This document shows, piece by piece, positions 1-9,398 of a stretch of DNA of 64,000 bases; within the stretch, counting starts at the first letter, position 1; every line of letters begins with the position of its first letter. The stretch is taken from positions 4,441 to 68,440 of the forward strand of contig LUCB01000010.1 of NCBI GenBank assembly GCA_001593865.1, written 5' to 3'. The notes beneath the pieces were generated by a model that was not told the origin of the DNA, did not search any database, and saw nothing but the letters and a program-made list of their open reading frames with translations. The stretch is from Candidatus Bathyarchaeota archaeon B24 (lineage in GTDB: Archaea; Thermoproteota; CALKCG01; B24). The position numbers and the translations under genes are program-made.

Positions 1-282
1 GTGCTCGTAGAGATACTCCAGGACGACTCGGTCGTTAAGAGCGTCTCTGCAACCCATACCGGAGAAGGCGTCTACACAGCCAGCGTAGATACGGGTGACC
101 TATCCGGAACCTACACCGTGAGGGTGACAGCCTCTGCCGAGATCTTAGGCTACACGTTTACAAAGTCTGCTGAGGCCAGTCTGACGGTTAAGCCGGCGTA
201 TGAGAAATACTTGCCGCACATAATCGTGGTGGCGGTAATAATAGTGATAGTGGTCATAGTCGTAGCTCTCAGGCGGCGTTAA
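1..282 (+). CDS. 3' end of an extracellular (probably solute-binding) protein with Ig-like domain and C-terminal membrane anchor; partial
   Basis: Beta-rich segment followed by hydrophobic helix IIVVAVIIVIVVIVVAL and RRR stop-transfer; directly upstream of an oppBC pair. Confidence 0.6.
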   Translation: MLVEILQDDSVVKSVSATHTGEGVYTASVDTGDLSGTYTVRVTASAEILGYTFTKSAEASLTVKPAYEKYLPHIIVVAVIIVIVVIVVALRRR

Positions 283-357
283 CCCCACCTACTTTTTATA
301 AACCCCCATCGTCAATTAACTAGTTGTATTATGCGGAAGTGTTAACCGTTCACCGAG

Positions 358-1353
358 GTGCGTACGTTGAAGGGACTGGGAGGTTACCTGCTACGTAGAG
401 CTGCAGATAGGGTGTTGGTTCTTATAGTGGCTTTAACCCTTCAGTTTCTACTCATCAGGGTAATGCCTTACTACATCCTCGGCATCGACCCGTCGTTCTT
501 CTTCATGAACCCCAATCTTACGAACGAGCAGAGGGAGCTCATACGCGAACAGTTTGGTTTAAACGACCCGATCCCCACGCAGTTCGTTAAATACGTTCTG
601 TCGCTTTTCACAGGTAACTTGGGTTTCTCCTTCTACACGAGAAGACCTGTCGTAGAGGAGCTTTTAGAGAGGTTGCCTAACACGGTCATCCTCCTTGGGA
701 CATCTACGGTCTTAACTATAATCTTCGGGTTGGCCGTAGGCTTAGTAACCGCCATGAAAAGGGGAACCAAGATCGACACAGGTATCGTAAGCGTAAGCGT
801 CTTCCTCAATTCCATACCCCTCTTCTACTTAGGCTTGATTCTACTCTTGTTCCTAAGCTTCTACTTCCGTGTTTTCCCGACGGCAGGCACCATATCTAGG
901 CCTCCGCCGAAGGAGCCCTTAGCGTACATAGCCGACTACATGTGGCATATGGCTCTCCCCCTGATGACTCAGCTTATCATAAATATAGGCGGATATGCAC
1001 TCTTCATAAGAAGTTTATTCATAACCCAGCTTGGAGAGGACTACATAATCACGGCTAGGGCGAAGGGTATGGCGGAGCACCAGATAATGTTTACCCACGT
1101 CTTAAGAAACATCCTTCCGCCTATAATAACGACCATAGCCCTAGCCCTCCCAGGAATAGTCTCCGGTGCGGTTATAACGGAGACCATATTCTCATGGTAT
1201 GGAGTGGGTCGTTGGCTTTTCGAAGCCTCGCTTCAGCTAGATTATCCAGTCGTTCAGGCCGTACTGTTTATATCCGTAGTATTGACCATAGTATCGCTCT
1301 ACATAGCCGATATAGTAATAGCGATCGTGGATCCCAGGGTGAGGCTTAGATGA
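358..1353 (+). CDS. oppB: Peptide/nickel ABC transporter permease (OppB/DppB family)
   Basis: GLNDPIPTQF...GNLGFS N-domain, EAA loop EDYIITARAKG, C-terminal DPRVR. Confidence 0.92.
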   Translation: MRTLKGLGGYLLRRAADRVLVLIVALTLQFLLIRVMPYYILGIDPSFFFMNPNLTNEQRELIREQFGLNDPIPTQFVKYVLSLFTGNLGFSFYTRRPVVEELLERLPNTVILLGTSTVLTIIFGLAVGLVTAMKRGTKIDTGIVSVSVFLNSIPLFYLGLILLLFLSFYFRVFPTAGTISRPPPKEPLAYIADYMWHMALPLMTQLIINIGGYALFIRSLFITQLGEDYIITARAKGMAEHQIMFTHVLRNILPPIITTIALALPGIVSGAVITETIFSWYGVGRWLFEASLQLDYPVVQAVLFISVVLTIVSLYIADIVIAIVDPRVRLR

Positions 1354-2786
1354 GCCTTCTTAAAGACCGCAGGCTAAGAACGTTCCTAGACTTCTTTAAG
1401 CTACTGCTTAAGCATAGGTCTGGAAGGATCGGTCTGATAATGCTGACGTTCTTCGTGTTCGTGGCTGTCTTCGCCCCAGTCATATCGCCGCATAAGCCGG
1501 ATGAGATGGGTTTAGCGGATAGATTCGCCCTACCCATATGGTTTAAACTGCTACCTCAATACAGCGATTTACCTGAGAACCTCGAGTTGAACATCCACGC
1601 TCAGGATTGGCTTATAGGAAAGTCTTCACAATACATCGTCGCGTCGATAGAGGATGGATGGCTCAGCCTATCGCCTTCCGTTGAGGGTATGAAGCCGCGG
1701 GAGGACTATATCTTACTCGAACACGATATAGAATATCCCTACTCGCCGCCTAAGAGGTTTGAGATACATATACCCTACACCGTGACCGTGGAAGGGGAGC
1801 TGGGAAGCTATGCACGTATACGCGTCTATCTGGTCGATGTAGACGGCAGAAGCTATATGCTATACGACGGTAGACCGATAGCCTACAATAAGACGGTCAT
1901 AGATCCCCCGTTGAGAATAGATACGAGAGATATAGGGCTTAAACTTCGCCTCGGCTTCTCACCGTACGACGACGTAGGCGAGAAGATATTCTCCAAGAAA
2001 GGCGTCTACCGGCTAAGGCTGGAGGTGAGGCTGTTTACGGTTTCCAATGGAACCGTTACGGTTAGACTTGGTACGGTGTATTTTAGGATACCGGGCCTGG
2101 TCTTCGGCCTGCTGGGCACGGATAACCTCGGTTCAGACCTCTTCGCTAACCTGATATACGGGACAAGGGTCTCGCTACTGGTGGGTATACTGGCTTCTGT
2201 CATATCTGTATCCATAGGTTTAGCCGTGGGGGTCGTAGCGGGTTATAAAGGTGGCTTCGTCGACCAGACTCTCATGTTTTTAACCGATACCCTCCTCTTC
2301 ATGCCTACGATACCGTTGCTCATAGCTATAAGCGTGTTCATAGGTAAAAACCTCTACCTAACGATCACGCTAATCGCCCTCTTGAGCTGGATGTGGTTTG
2401 CTAGAAACTGTCGTGCGTTGGTTATGTCGCTTAGAGACCGTCCCTTCGTCGAAGCCGTTAAGGCGATCGGAGGCTCGGATATATACATTATATATAGACA
2501 TGTTATACCCCAGCTGACGCCCATCATATACATAACCCTCGTCCTCAACATCCCCGGTGCGATACTCTTGGAGGCTGCCTTAAGCTTCTTAAACCTAGGA
2601 GACCCGACGGTACCCTCCTGGGGACGCATGCTATATAACGCCCGATACAGCGGAGCTTTCTTCAAGATGATGTGGTGGTGGATCGTACCACCCGGGTTGA
2701 TGATAACCTTCTTAGCCATGAGCTTCATACTCATAGGTCAAGCCTTAGATGAGATATTCAACCCCAAGCTGAAGGCTAGGAGATAG
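1350..2786 (+). CDS. oppC: Peptide/nickel ABC transporter permease (OppC/DppC family) with large extracytoplasmic insert
   Basis: LLGTDNLGSD, FVEAVKAIG, LSFLNLG..PSWG and NPKL motifs; start overlaps oppB stop. Confidence 0.92.
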   Translation: MSLLKDRRLRTFLDFFKLLLKHRSGRIGLIMLTFFVFVAVFAPVISPHKPDEMGLADRFALPIWFKLLPQYSDLPENLELNIHAQDWLIGKSSQYIVASIEDGWLSLSPSVEGMKPREDYILLEHDIEYPYSPPKRFEIHIPYTVTVEGELGSYARIRVYLVDVDGRSYMLYDGRPIAYNKTVIDPPLRIDTRDIGLKLRLGFSPYDDVGEKIFSKKGVYRLRLEVRLFTVSNGTVTVRLGTVYFRIPGLVFGLLGTDNLGSDLFANLIYGTRVSLLVGILASVISVSIGLAVGVVAGYKGGFVDQTLMFLTDTLLFMPTIPLLIAISVFIGKNLYLTITLIALLSWMWFARNCRALVMSLRDRPFVEAVKAIGGSDIYIIYRHVIPQLTPIIYITLVLNIPGAILLEAALSFLNLGDPTVPSWGRMLYNARYSGAFFKMMWWWIVPPGLMITFLAMSFILIGQALDEIFNPKLKARR

Positions 2787-2789
2787 GTC

Positions 2790-3698
2790 TTGAAAAACCG
2801 GGTTGTTCTATGCGCCGCATCTGCGGCTACTTTTTCACTATGCAGTTATACACTGTTCAGAGTGGCGTTTCTAGGCTACTCGGTGAATTTATCTCCGTTT
2901 GAGGCTTTGACCATAGCGGTCGCGGGGTTATTCACAGGCTTAACCCTAGCAGACCTAAAGCGGTCTCTACTAGTCTTCTACTCGATCTATCTAGCATCAT
3001 ATGTCACAGCGTTAACGTTGCTCAGATACCCCCTAGATACGATGATGGGAGGGTTCTCAGGAGACCTAGCTACGATAGTCGTGACGAGAAACATAGGGTT
3101 TTTCAGCCTGATAGTAGGGGGTCCGGTGTCGATCTTAACGCTTATAATAGGGGTATCCATCTCATCTAGGCTCAAGTCTATGTACGTAAGCTTAACCCTA
3201 AGCATTCTTCTCATACTTCTGTCCTCAACCATGCTTACCGTCGAATACAGCGACTGGTATGGAGAGGTCAGGTCGCTTAAGGGCTTCAGAGTTAACACCG
3301 TCTATATGCGTCTGAGCTTAAAAGAGGGGCCTGATGGGGCTAGACCTGTATTAGAGTTGAATGCGAGTATGGAGACGGCCGAGGGAAAACCCGCCTGTAT
3401 AGTTACGGCGATCTACAGGGTCTTCCTAGACGGTAAACTGGTCCGTGAGAAGGTCGACGCCATGCCGGGTGAAGGGCTCCTAGTGGGTTCTCAACCGGTC
3501 TATCGGAAACTCGACATAGAATTGCCTAAGGCTGTGCCGTTAGATTGTCTAGAGAGGAAACGGTGTAGGATAGAGGTTCAGGTGAACTTCAAGACCAGGT
3601 TTGGGGTAATCCCCGTCAAATATTCTCTAAACTATTCCCTCTCCACGATTTTTATCCCTCTAGTATACTTCGAAGCTTCACCGGGTATCGGGGCATAG
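2790..3698 (+). CDS. Hypothetical membrane protein with several N-terminal TM helices and a C-terminal beta-rich domain
   Basis: 302-aa ORF starting 3 nt after oppC; hydrophobic N-terminal half. Confidence 0.6.
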   Translation: MKNRVVLCAASAATFSLCSYTLFRVAFLGYSVNLSPFEALTIAVAGLFTGLTLADLKRSLLVFYSIYLASYVTALTLLRYPLDTMMGGFSGDLATIVVTRNIGFFSLIVGGPVSILTLIIGVSISSRLKSMYVSLTLSILLILLSSTMLTVEYSDWYGEVRSLKGFRVNTVYMRLSLKEGPDGARPVLELNASMETAEGKPACIVTAIYRVFLDGKLVREKVDAMPGEGLLVGSQPVYRKLDIELPKAVPLDCLERKRCRIEVQVNFKTRFGVIPVKYSLNYSLSTIFIPLVYFEASPGIGA

Positions 3699-4189
3699 AA
3701 CTTCACTATCCTACAGTTCAACTCTTCCTCGGCTTTTCTGACGTACATGTAGAAGACGGAATCGCTTACCCCGACCGACACGATCACAGAGAGCAGGAGC
3801 CCTAAAACAACCGCAGGTGGAAGAATGAAGAAGGCGAAGAACGGAGATAAGACGATCGCTAATATCGCTAACGTAGCCCTCCACCCCTTTCTACGTTCAA
3901 CCCAACTGTAGATGCCTTTATCCTTCAGAACCCTGAGGGCTCTCTGAAATTTAATGACTCTAAAAAAGAAGAAATGCATGAGGGTCGCTATGGGGAAAGC
4001 CGCCATGAACGTGAGGACGAATAGGGGTCTTAGCTCCTGAGAGGTGGAGGCTAGGATCATGAAAACCACGGTTCCTAGTATGGCTGAGGCTATGCGTATG
4101 GTGAATTCAACCCTGGTGAAGGGATAAGGAAGGGTGATCTCCATCGCTATTTCTCCTAATGAACGGTTTCTCACCCATATAGGTGGCAT
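3632..4189 (-). CDS. Hypothetical membrane protein (about 4 TM); true start possibly ATG at 4144
   Basis: Four hydrophobic segments; follows oppF on the same strand; GGAG upstream of internal MEITLP. Confidence 0.6.
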   Translation of the reverse strand: MPPIWVRNRSLGEIAMEITLPYPFTRVEFTIRIASAILGTVVFMILASTSQELRPLFVLTFMAAFPIATLMHFFFFRVIKFQRALRVLKDKGIYSWVERRKGWRATLAILAIVLSPFFAFFILPPAVVLGLLLSVIVSVGVSDSVFYMYVRKAEEELNCRIVKFYAPIPGEASKYTRGIKIVERE

Positions 4190-5157
4190 GCGACTTTACG
4201 ACCCTTTTCCACATCTTTCAGACCCGGTTCCTTTTTACTACATATGTCCATCGCGTATGGGCATCTAGGGTGAAACCTACAACCAGAAGGAGGATTTATA
4301 GGGCTGGGAACCTCCCCCTTGATGGGGATCTCCCCTATTTTCACCCTGGGATCCGGGACCGGTATCGCGGCTGTTAGAGCTTTGGTATATGGGTGTAAGG
4401 GGTTGTCTATGACCTCTGTGGCTTCTCCCAACTCTACGACCTTACCGAGGTACATGATCGCTATTCTATCGCATATGTGTTTAGCCACGGCTAAGTCGTG
4501 GGTTATAAAGAGGTAAGCTATCCCGTACCGGTCTCTTATGCCGAGCATAAGGTCGAGTATCTCGGCTCTTATGGACATGTCGAGCATCGACACAGGCTCG
4601 TCCGCCACTATGAATTCTGGCTGAAGTATTATCGCCCTAGCTATGGCAACCCTCTGCCTCTGCCCGCCGCTGAGCTCGTGAGGATACCTGTACATAAACT
4701 CCTCAGGAGGCTTCAAGGCCACGTCCTCCAAGGTCTTGGTCACTCTTTCGATAACTTCCTCCCTGTTATGGGCCAATTTATGGATGGATAAGGGCTCGGA
4801 GATTATGTCGATAACCCTCATATGGGGGTTGAGGGACTCGTATGGGTCTTGGAATATTATCTGAGCTTTTCTACGGAACTCGATGAGCTCTTCCCCGTCT
4901 AGATTTGTGATATCTACCCCCTTGAAAAGTATCCTCCCGGCCGTAGGCTCTTCAAGCCTCAGTATCAACCTTCCGGTCGTCGTCTTACCGCATCCAGATT
5001 CGCCGGCTAGGCAGAATATCTCACCACGCTTTATCGCGAAGCTCACCCCATCCACAGCCCTGATGAACTTAGGCGGCCGCCGTAGTATGATGTCCGCTAG
5101 CCCCCTTCTCACGGGAAACCACTTCTTCAACCCGTCTGCTTCGACCACGTTCTCCAA
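4171..5157 (-). CDS. oppF: Oligopeptide ABC ATP-binding protein (OppF)
   Basis: Walker A GESGCGKT, ELSGGQRQR, ADEP, C-terminal GCRFHPRC...VACH domain. Confidence 0.93.
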   Translation of the reverse strand: MENVVEADGLKKWFPVRRGLADIILRRPPKFIRAVDGVSFAIKRGEIFCLAGESGCGKTTTGRLILRLEEPTAGRILFKGVDITNLDGEELIEFRRKAQIIFQDPYESLNPHMRVIDIISEPLSIHKLAHNREEVIERVTKTLEDVALKPPEEFMYRYPHELSGGQRQRVAIARAIILQPEFIVADEPVSMLDMSIRAEILDLMLGIRDRYGIAYLFITHDLAVAKHICDRIAIMYLGKVVELGEATEVIDNPLHPYTKALTAAIPVPDPRVKIGEIPIKGEVPSPINPPSGCRFHPRCPYAMDICSKKEPGLKDVEKGRKVACHLYG

Positions 5158-5293
5158 CGTAACCCCCCTACTACCTATACAGGTGGCATGCCGCTAGATG
5201 ATGTTCCCCTACCTCTTTTAGGTTTGGCTCCTTCTCTCTGCATATGTCCATCGCGTATGGGCATCTAGGGTGAAACCTACAACCAGAAGGAGG
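4241..5293. repeat. 53-bp exact direct repeat (4241-4293 and 5241-5293) in the 3' ends of oppF and oppD
   Basis: CATATGTCCATCGCGTATGGGCATCTAGGGTGAAACCTACAACCAGAAGGAGG is present at both places. Confidence 0.9.
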
Positions 5294-6178
5294 GTTCACG
5301 AGGTTAGGCGGCACTCCAGGGATGTATGCGAGCTTCCTCTTGCTCTCTCTTATGCTCGGGACGCTCTTAAGTAGAGCGGTTGTATAAGGATGCTTGGGCT
5401 GGAGCAAGACCTCTACGGCCGGTCCATACTCGACGATCTTCCCCGCATACATCACGGCTACTTTATCGCTCATCTCGGCCACGACCGATATGTCGTGCGA
5501 TATCAGCATAAGAGATAGCTTAAGCCTGCTCTGAAGCTCCTTGATGAGCTTCAACGTCTGAGCCTGAACTATGACATCCAACGCGGTCGTAGGCTCGTCG
5601 GCTATCAATACCTTAGGGTTCAAAGCCAGCGCCATGGCTATCATAACTCTCTGCCTCTGCCCGCCGCTGAGCTCGAACGGATAGCTCGAGACCCTGGAAG
5701 GGTCTATACCCACCAGGCTGAGCAGTTCTTCAGCCCTCCTATAGGCATCCTTCTTGGAGACCTTCTCGTGGAGCATGATCGCCTCGGCTATCTGGTCTCC
5801 GACCTTTATTATGGGGTTTAAAGCGTTCATGGAGCCTTGGAAGACCATCGATATCTTACGCCACCGCACCTCTTTACGAAGCCTATGCTCATCCAGCCTA
5901 AGTATATCTACTCCGTCGAGCAGTACCTCGCCGCCGAGGACCCGGGCGTTAGAGGGCAATATGCGTAGTATCGTGATCGCTAGGCTCGATTTACCGCATC
6001 CAGACTCCCCCACTATCCCAAGAGCCTCCTCCCTATCCAAGTTGAACGAAACACCATCCACCGCCTTCACAAAAACCCCATCCCCGACCTCATAGTACAT
6101 CCTGAGGTCCTTAACCTCTAAGAGCAATTGCTTCAATCCCCCTAAAATGGTCCCGACTAAAATTCTAAATACACCCAT
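5171..6178 (-). CDS. oppD: Oligopeptide ABC ATP-binding protein (OppD); true start probably TTG near 6136
   Basis: GESGCGKS, FQGSMNALNP, ELSGGQRQR, ADEPTTALD, GCRFHPRC. Confidence 0.93.
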   Translation of the reverse strand: MGVFRILVGTILGGLKQLLLEVKDLRMYYEVGDGVFVKAVDGVSFNLDREEALGIVGESGCGKSSLAITILRILPSNARVLGGEVLLDGVDILRLDEHRLRKEVRWRKISMVFQGSMNALNPIIKVGDQIAEAIMLHEKVSKKDAYRRAEELLSLVGIDPSRVSSYPFELSGGQRQRVMIAMALALNPKVLIADEPTTALDVIVQAQTLKLIKELQSRLKLSLMLISHDISVVAEMSDKVAVMYAGKIVEYGPAVEVLLQPKHPYTTALLKSVPSIRESKRKLAYIPGVPPNLVNPPSGCRFHPRCPYAMDICREKEPNLKEVGEHHLAACHLYR

Positions 6179-6660
6179 GGTAATAAAAGGTTTGGGAGCA
6201 GTCGCCGTTTTTCCTTACCGCCCGCGAACACTATTCACAGCGTTTTAGGATGAGTTTTAGACTAGAGTAAGCGGGTTCCTATGGTTTCTCTGGCATTTAA
6301 CGTACCTTTTAAGCAGCGACATCTTCTTTCGACTAGCTGAAAGTCGTAAGGATGAGTTTAAGCCTAGACGTTCGATCGAATGATGGATAAGCTGGTATGG
6401 TATGGCTTAACTCTATAGGATCGGAGCTTGATAAAAAAGACCGGTCAACGTTAGAAACAGTGGTAAAGACGTTTGACGTTATTCTAATGGTTTATAGAGG
6501 GTATAGAGTAGAACTTAACGGTCGTTAAGAGGGTTCTTGAAGGAAAAGTTATGTCGATGACATCTCACGCCTATGCGGCTACACGATGTTTAAGCGATGG
6601 ATTTAGACCATGAAGGAAAATTTATAAGAAAGTGGCGCGTGTTAAGATAGAATTTGAGGT

Positions 6661-9357
6661 ATGAGTATTATGGAAATTAAGACTAAGCTCAGTTTGTTCG
6701 CCGTTCTTCTAGTGATTTCTTCGCTGCTCAGCGTCTGCTTCATAAGCACTCCTAAGGTCGTCGCTCAAGAGCCTCCTAAGGGTCCATGGGTCGATGAGGT
6801 AGACATGTTCATGGAGACGGATGAAGCAAAGGTAGTCGACATGCTCGAAAAGAACGAGATACAGGTGTATTTCAGAGATATAACGGACCCTGAGCTCTTT
6901 AAGAAAGTGAAAGCTTCACCCGACTTATGGTACGCTACTTCATACGGACTATACTTTGAACTGACGTTTAACCCTGTCGGCCCTGAATTCCCTAAGACCG
7001 GTAAGCTAAACCCGTTCGCCGTCCCGCGTATAAGAGAGGCTATGAACTACCTGGTCGATAGGAAGTATATAGCCGACGAGATAATGGCTGGGATGGCTAT
7101 ACCGAGATATACCGCCCTAACGCCTGCCTTCCCAGACTACGCAAGGTATGCCGACACAATTAAGGAGATCGAGAAGAAGTATAGTTACGACTTCGATAAG
7201 GCTAGGGAGATCATAACAGAGGAGATGCTCAAGCTCGGTGCCGAGTTGAAGGATGGGAAGTGGTATTATAAAGGTGAGCCTGTTACGCTGATATTCCTGA
7301 TCAGGAAGGAGGATCAGAGGAAGGCTATAGGCGACTATGTGGCTTCCCAGCTCGAGAAGCTCGGGTTCACGGTCGATAGGCAGTATAAGCTGAGTAGAGA
7401 GGCGGCTCCCCTATGGATCTTCGGCGACCCTGCGGACGGTAAATGGCACATCTACACAGGCGGGTGGATAACGACTCTTGTCTCTAGGGATGAAGCAGAC
7501 AACTTCGGCTTCTTCTACACGTCTAGAGGCCTTTCGGTGCCGCTATGGCAGGCTTACAAGCCGTCTCCGGAATTCGACTACGTCGCAGGTAGGCTTTGGA
7601 ATAGAGACTTTAAGACCATGGAGGAGAGAGACGAACTGATGAGAAAGGCTTTAGAACTCGCGATGAAGGACTCCGTGAGGGTATGGCTGGTCAACCAGCT
7701 TGCACCTTGGCCTGCTAGGAAGGAGGTTTCCTTGACCTACGACCTAGCAGCTGGCTTCTCAGGGGCTAGGTTGTGGCCATACACGATTAGATATGTTAAC
7801 AAGACGGGCGGTGTCGTCAAGATCGCGTCCACAGATATACTGGTACAGCCTGTGAACCCCGTCGCGGGAAGCGATTGGATCTACGATGCTATGTACTATC
7901 GTGCGGTTTCAGACCCTGCGACCATACCGGACCCGTTCACAGGCTTGTACTGGCCTCAGAGGGTCGAGAAGGCTGAGGTCTATGTTTTAGAGGGGTTGCC
8001 TGTAAGCGTTACGTTGGACTGGGTTGAGCTGAAGTTCGTCGATGAGATCACCGTCCCGGAGGATGCCTGGTACGACTGGGACCCTGTGGCGAAGAAGATT
8101 GTCTACGCTCCTCCTGGGACGACCGCTAAGACGAAGACGGTAGTCTACTACGACGAGAGCATATTCGACATGAAGTACCACGACGGCAGTAAATTCTCGA
8201 TAGCGGACATAGTATTCGACTTTATCCTAACGTTCGATAGGGCTAAGCCGGAGAGCCCGCTGTACGATGAATCCTATATTCCATCCTTCCAAGCCTTCAG
8301 AGAGTACTTCAAAGGTTTTAAGATCGTCAGTGAGAATCCGCTGGTGATAGAGTTCTACTCAGACGTTGTGTATTTAGATGCTGAGTGGATAGCGTCATCT
8401 GCCGCCGGAGAATTCTACCCAGATTACACATATGGGCCTGGGCCTTGGCACACGGTCGCCATCGGCTGCCTAGCCGAGGCTGATGGTAAGCTAGCGTTCT
8501 CAGCCGATAAGGCTGAGGAGTTCAAGGTGGAGTGGATGAACTTTATCGCAGGTCCATCGCTTTCGATACTGGAAGAATACTTGGATAAGGCTATCGCGGA
8601 GAAGTACATTCCCTACAAGGAGGTTCTTGGCAAGTATATCAGCGAGGACGAGGCCTTGGAGAGATATGAGAACTTAAAGGCGTGGTATGAGTCTAAGAAC
8701 CACTTCTTGGTAGGCGCCGGTCCATTCTACCTAGACAGGGTCGACCCCACCGCTAAGATAGTGGTCTTGAAGGCGAACCGTGAGTTTCTAGACCCCGCGG
8801 ATAAGTGGCTTAGGTTCTCCAAGCCTATGATCCCTGAGGTCGAGATACCGTCTATACCCACGATCGTACCTGGGTTATCTGCCGAGATACCTGTGTCGAT
8901 AACGTTTGAAGGTGAGCCTTACAAGATAGCCGACATCAGCAGTGTAAAGTATATAGTTACAAGCCCGGCTGTCACCATCGTAGGCGAGGCTGAGCCTATC
9001 GAGGATGGTGAATGGAATATAGTTCTTAAACCGGAGGAGACAGCCCTACTACCTGCCGGAACCGTGGATATAGATGTCCTGGTGGTGTCGAAGCTCGTAG
9101 GTATGCCTGTATCGATAACGACTACTACAACCGTTATGAGTACGACCGAATACATGATGAGCGAACTCGCCAAGGCTAAAGCTGACTACGAGACTAGGAT
9201 ATCCGGGCTTCAGAGTCAGCTTGACACGTTAAGCGGAGAAATCGCAGACCTATCGTCTAGGATAGACTCGCTGATGAGTATGATGTATGCATCGATAGGC
9301 ATCGCTATAATAGCCATAATTATAGCTATAGCGGCGATAGTGTTGTCTAGGAGATAG
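6661..9357 (+). CDS. oppA: ABC transporter substrate-binding protein (family 5, OppA-like) with C-terminal Ig-like/coiled-coil stalk and membrane anchor
   Basis: Signal peptide, NPFAVPRIREAMNYLVDR, YHDGSKFSIAD, GAGPFYL; C-terminal heptads plus TM helix and RR. Confidence 0.88.
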   Translation: MSIMEIKTKLSLFAVLLVISSLLSVCFISTPKVVAQEPPKGPWVDEVDMFMETDEAKVVDMLEKNEIQVYFRDITDPELFKKVKASPDLWYATSYGLYFELTFNPVGPEFPKTGKLNPFAVPRIREAMNYLVDRKYIADEIMAGMAIPRYTALTPAFPDYARYADTIKEIEKKYSYDFDKAREIITEEMLKLGAELKDGKWYYKGEPVTLIFLIRKEDQRKAIGDYVASQLEKLGFTVDRQYKLSREAAPLWIFGDPADGKWHIYTGGWITTLVSRDEADNFGFFYTSRGLSVPLWQAYKPSPEFDYVAGRLWNRDFKTMEERDELMRKALELAMKDSVRVWLVNQLAPWPARKEVSLTYDLAAGFSGARLWPYTIRYVNKTGGVVKIASTDILVQPVNPVAGSDWIYDAMYYRAVSDPATIPDPFTGLYWPQRVEKAEVYVLEGLPVSVTLDWVELKFVDEITVPEDAWYDWDPVAKKIVYAPPGTTAKTKTVVYYDESIFDMKYHDGSKFSIADIVFDFILTFDRAKPESPLYDESYIPSFQAFREYFKGFKIVSENPLVIEFYSDVVYLDAEWIASSAAGEFYPDYTYGPGPWHTVAIGCLAEADGKLAFSADKAEEFKVEWMNFIAGPSLSILEEYLDKAIAEKYIPYKEVLGKYISEDEALERYENLKAWYESKNHFLVGAGPFYLDRVDPTAKIVVLKANREFLDPADKWLRFSKPMIPEVEIPSIPTIVPGLSAEIPVSITFEGEPYKIADISSVKYIVTSPAVTIVGEAEPIEDGEWNIVLKPEETALLPAGTVDIDVLVVSKLVGMPVSITTTTTVMSTTEYMMSELAKAKADYETRISGLQSQLDTLSGEIADLSSRIDSLMSMMYASIGIAIIAIIIAIAAIVLSRR

Positions 9358-9398
9358 CAATTTCCCCTTCCTTTTTTAAACGCCTATGGTGGTATCGT

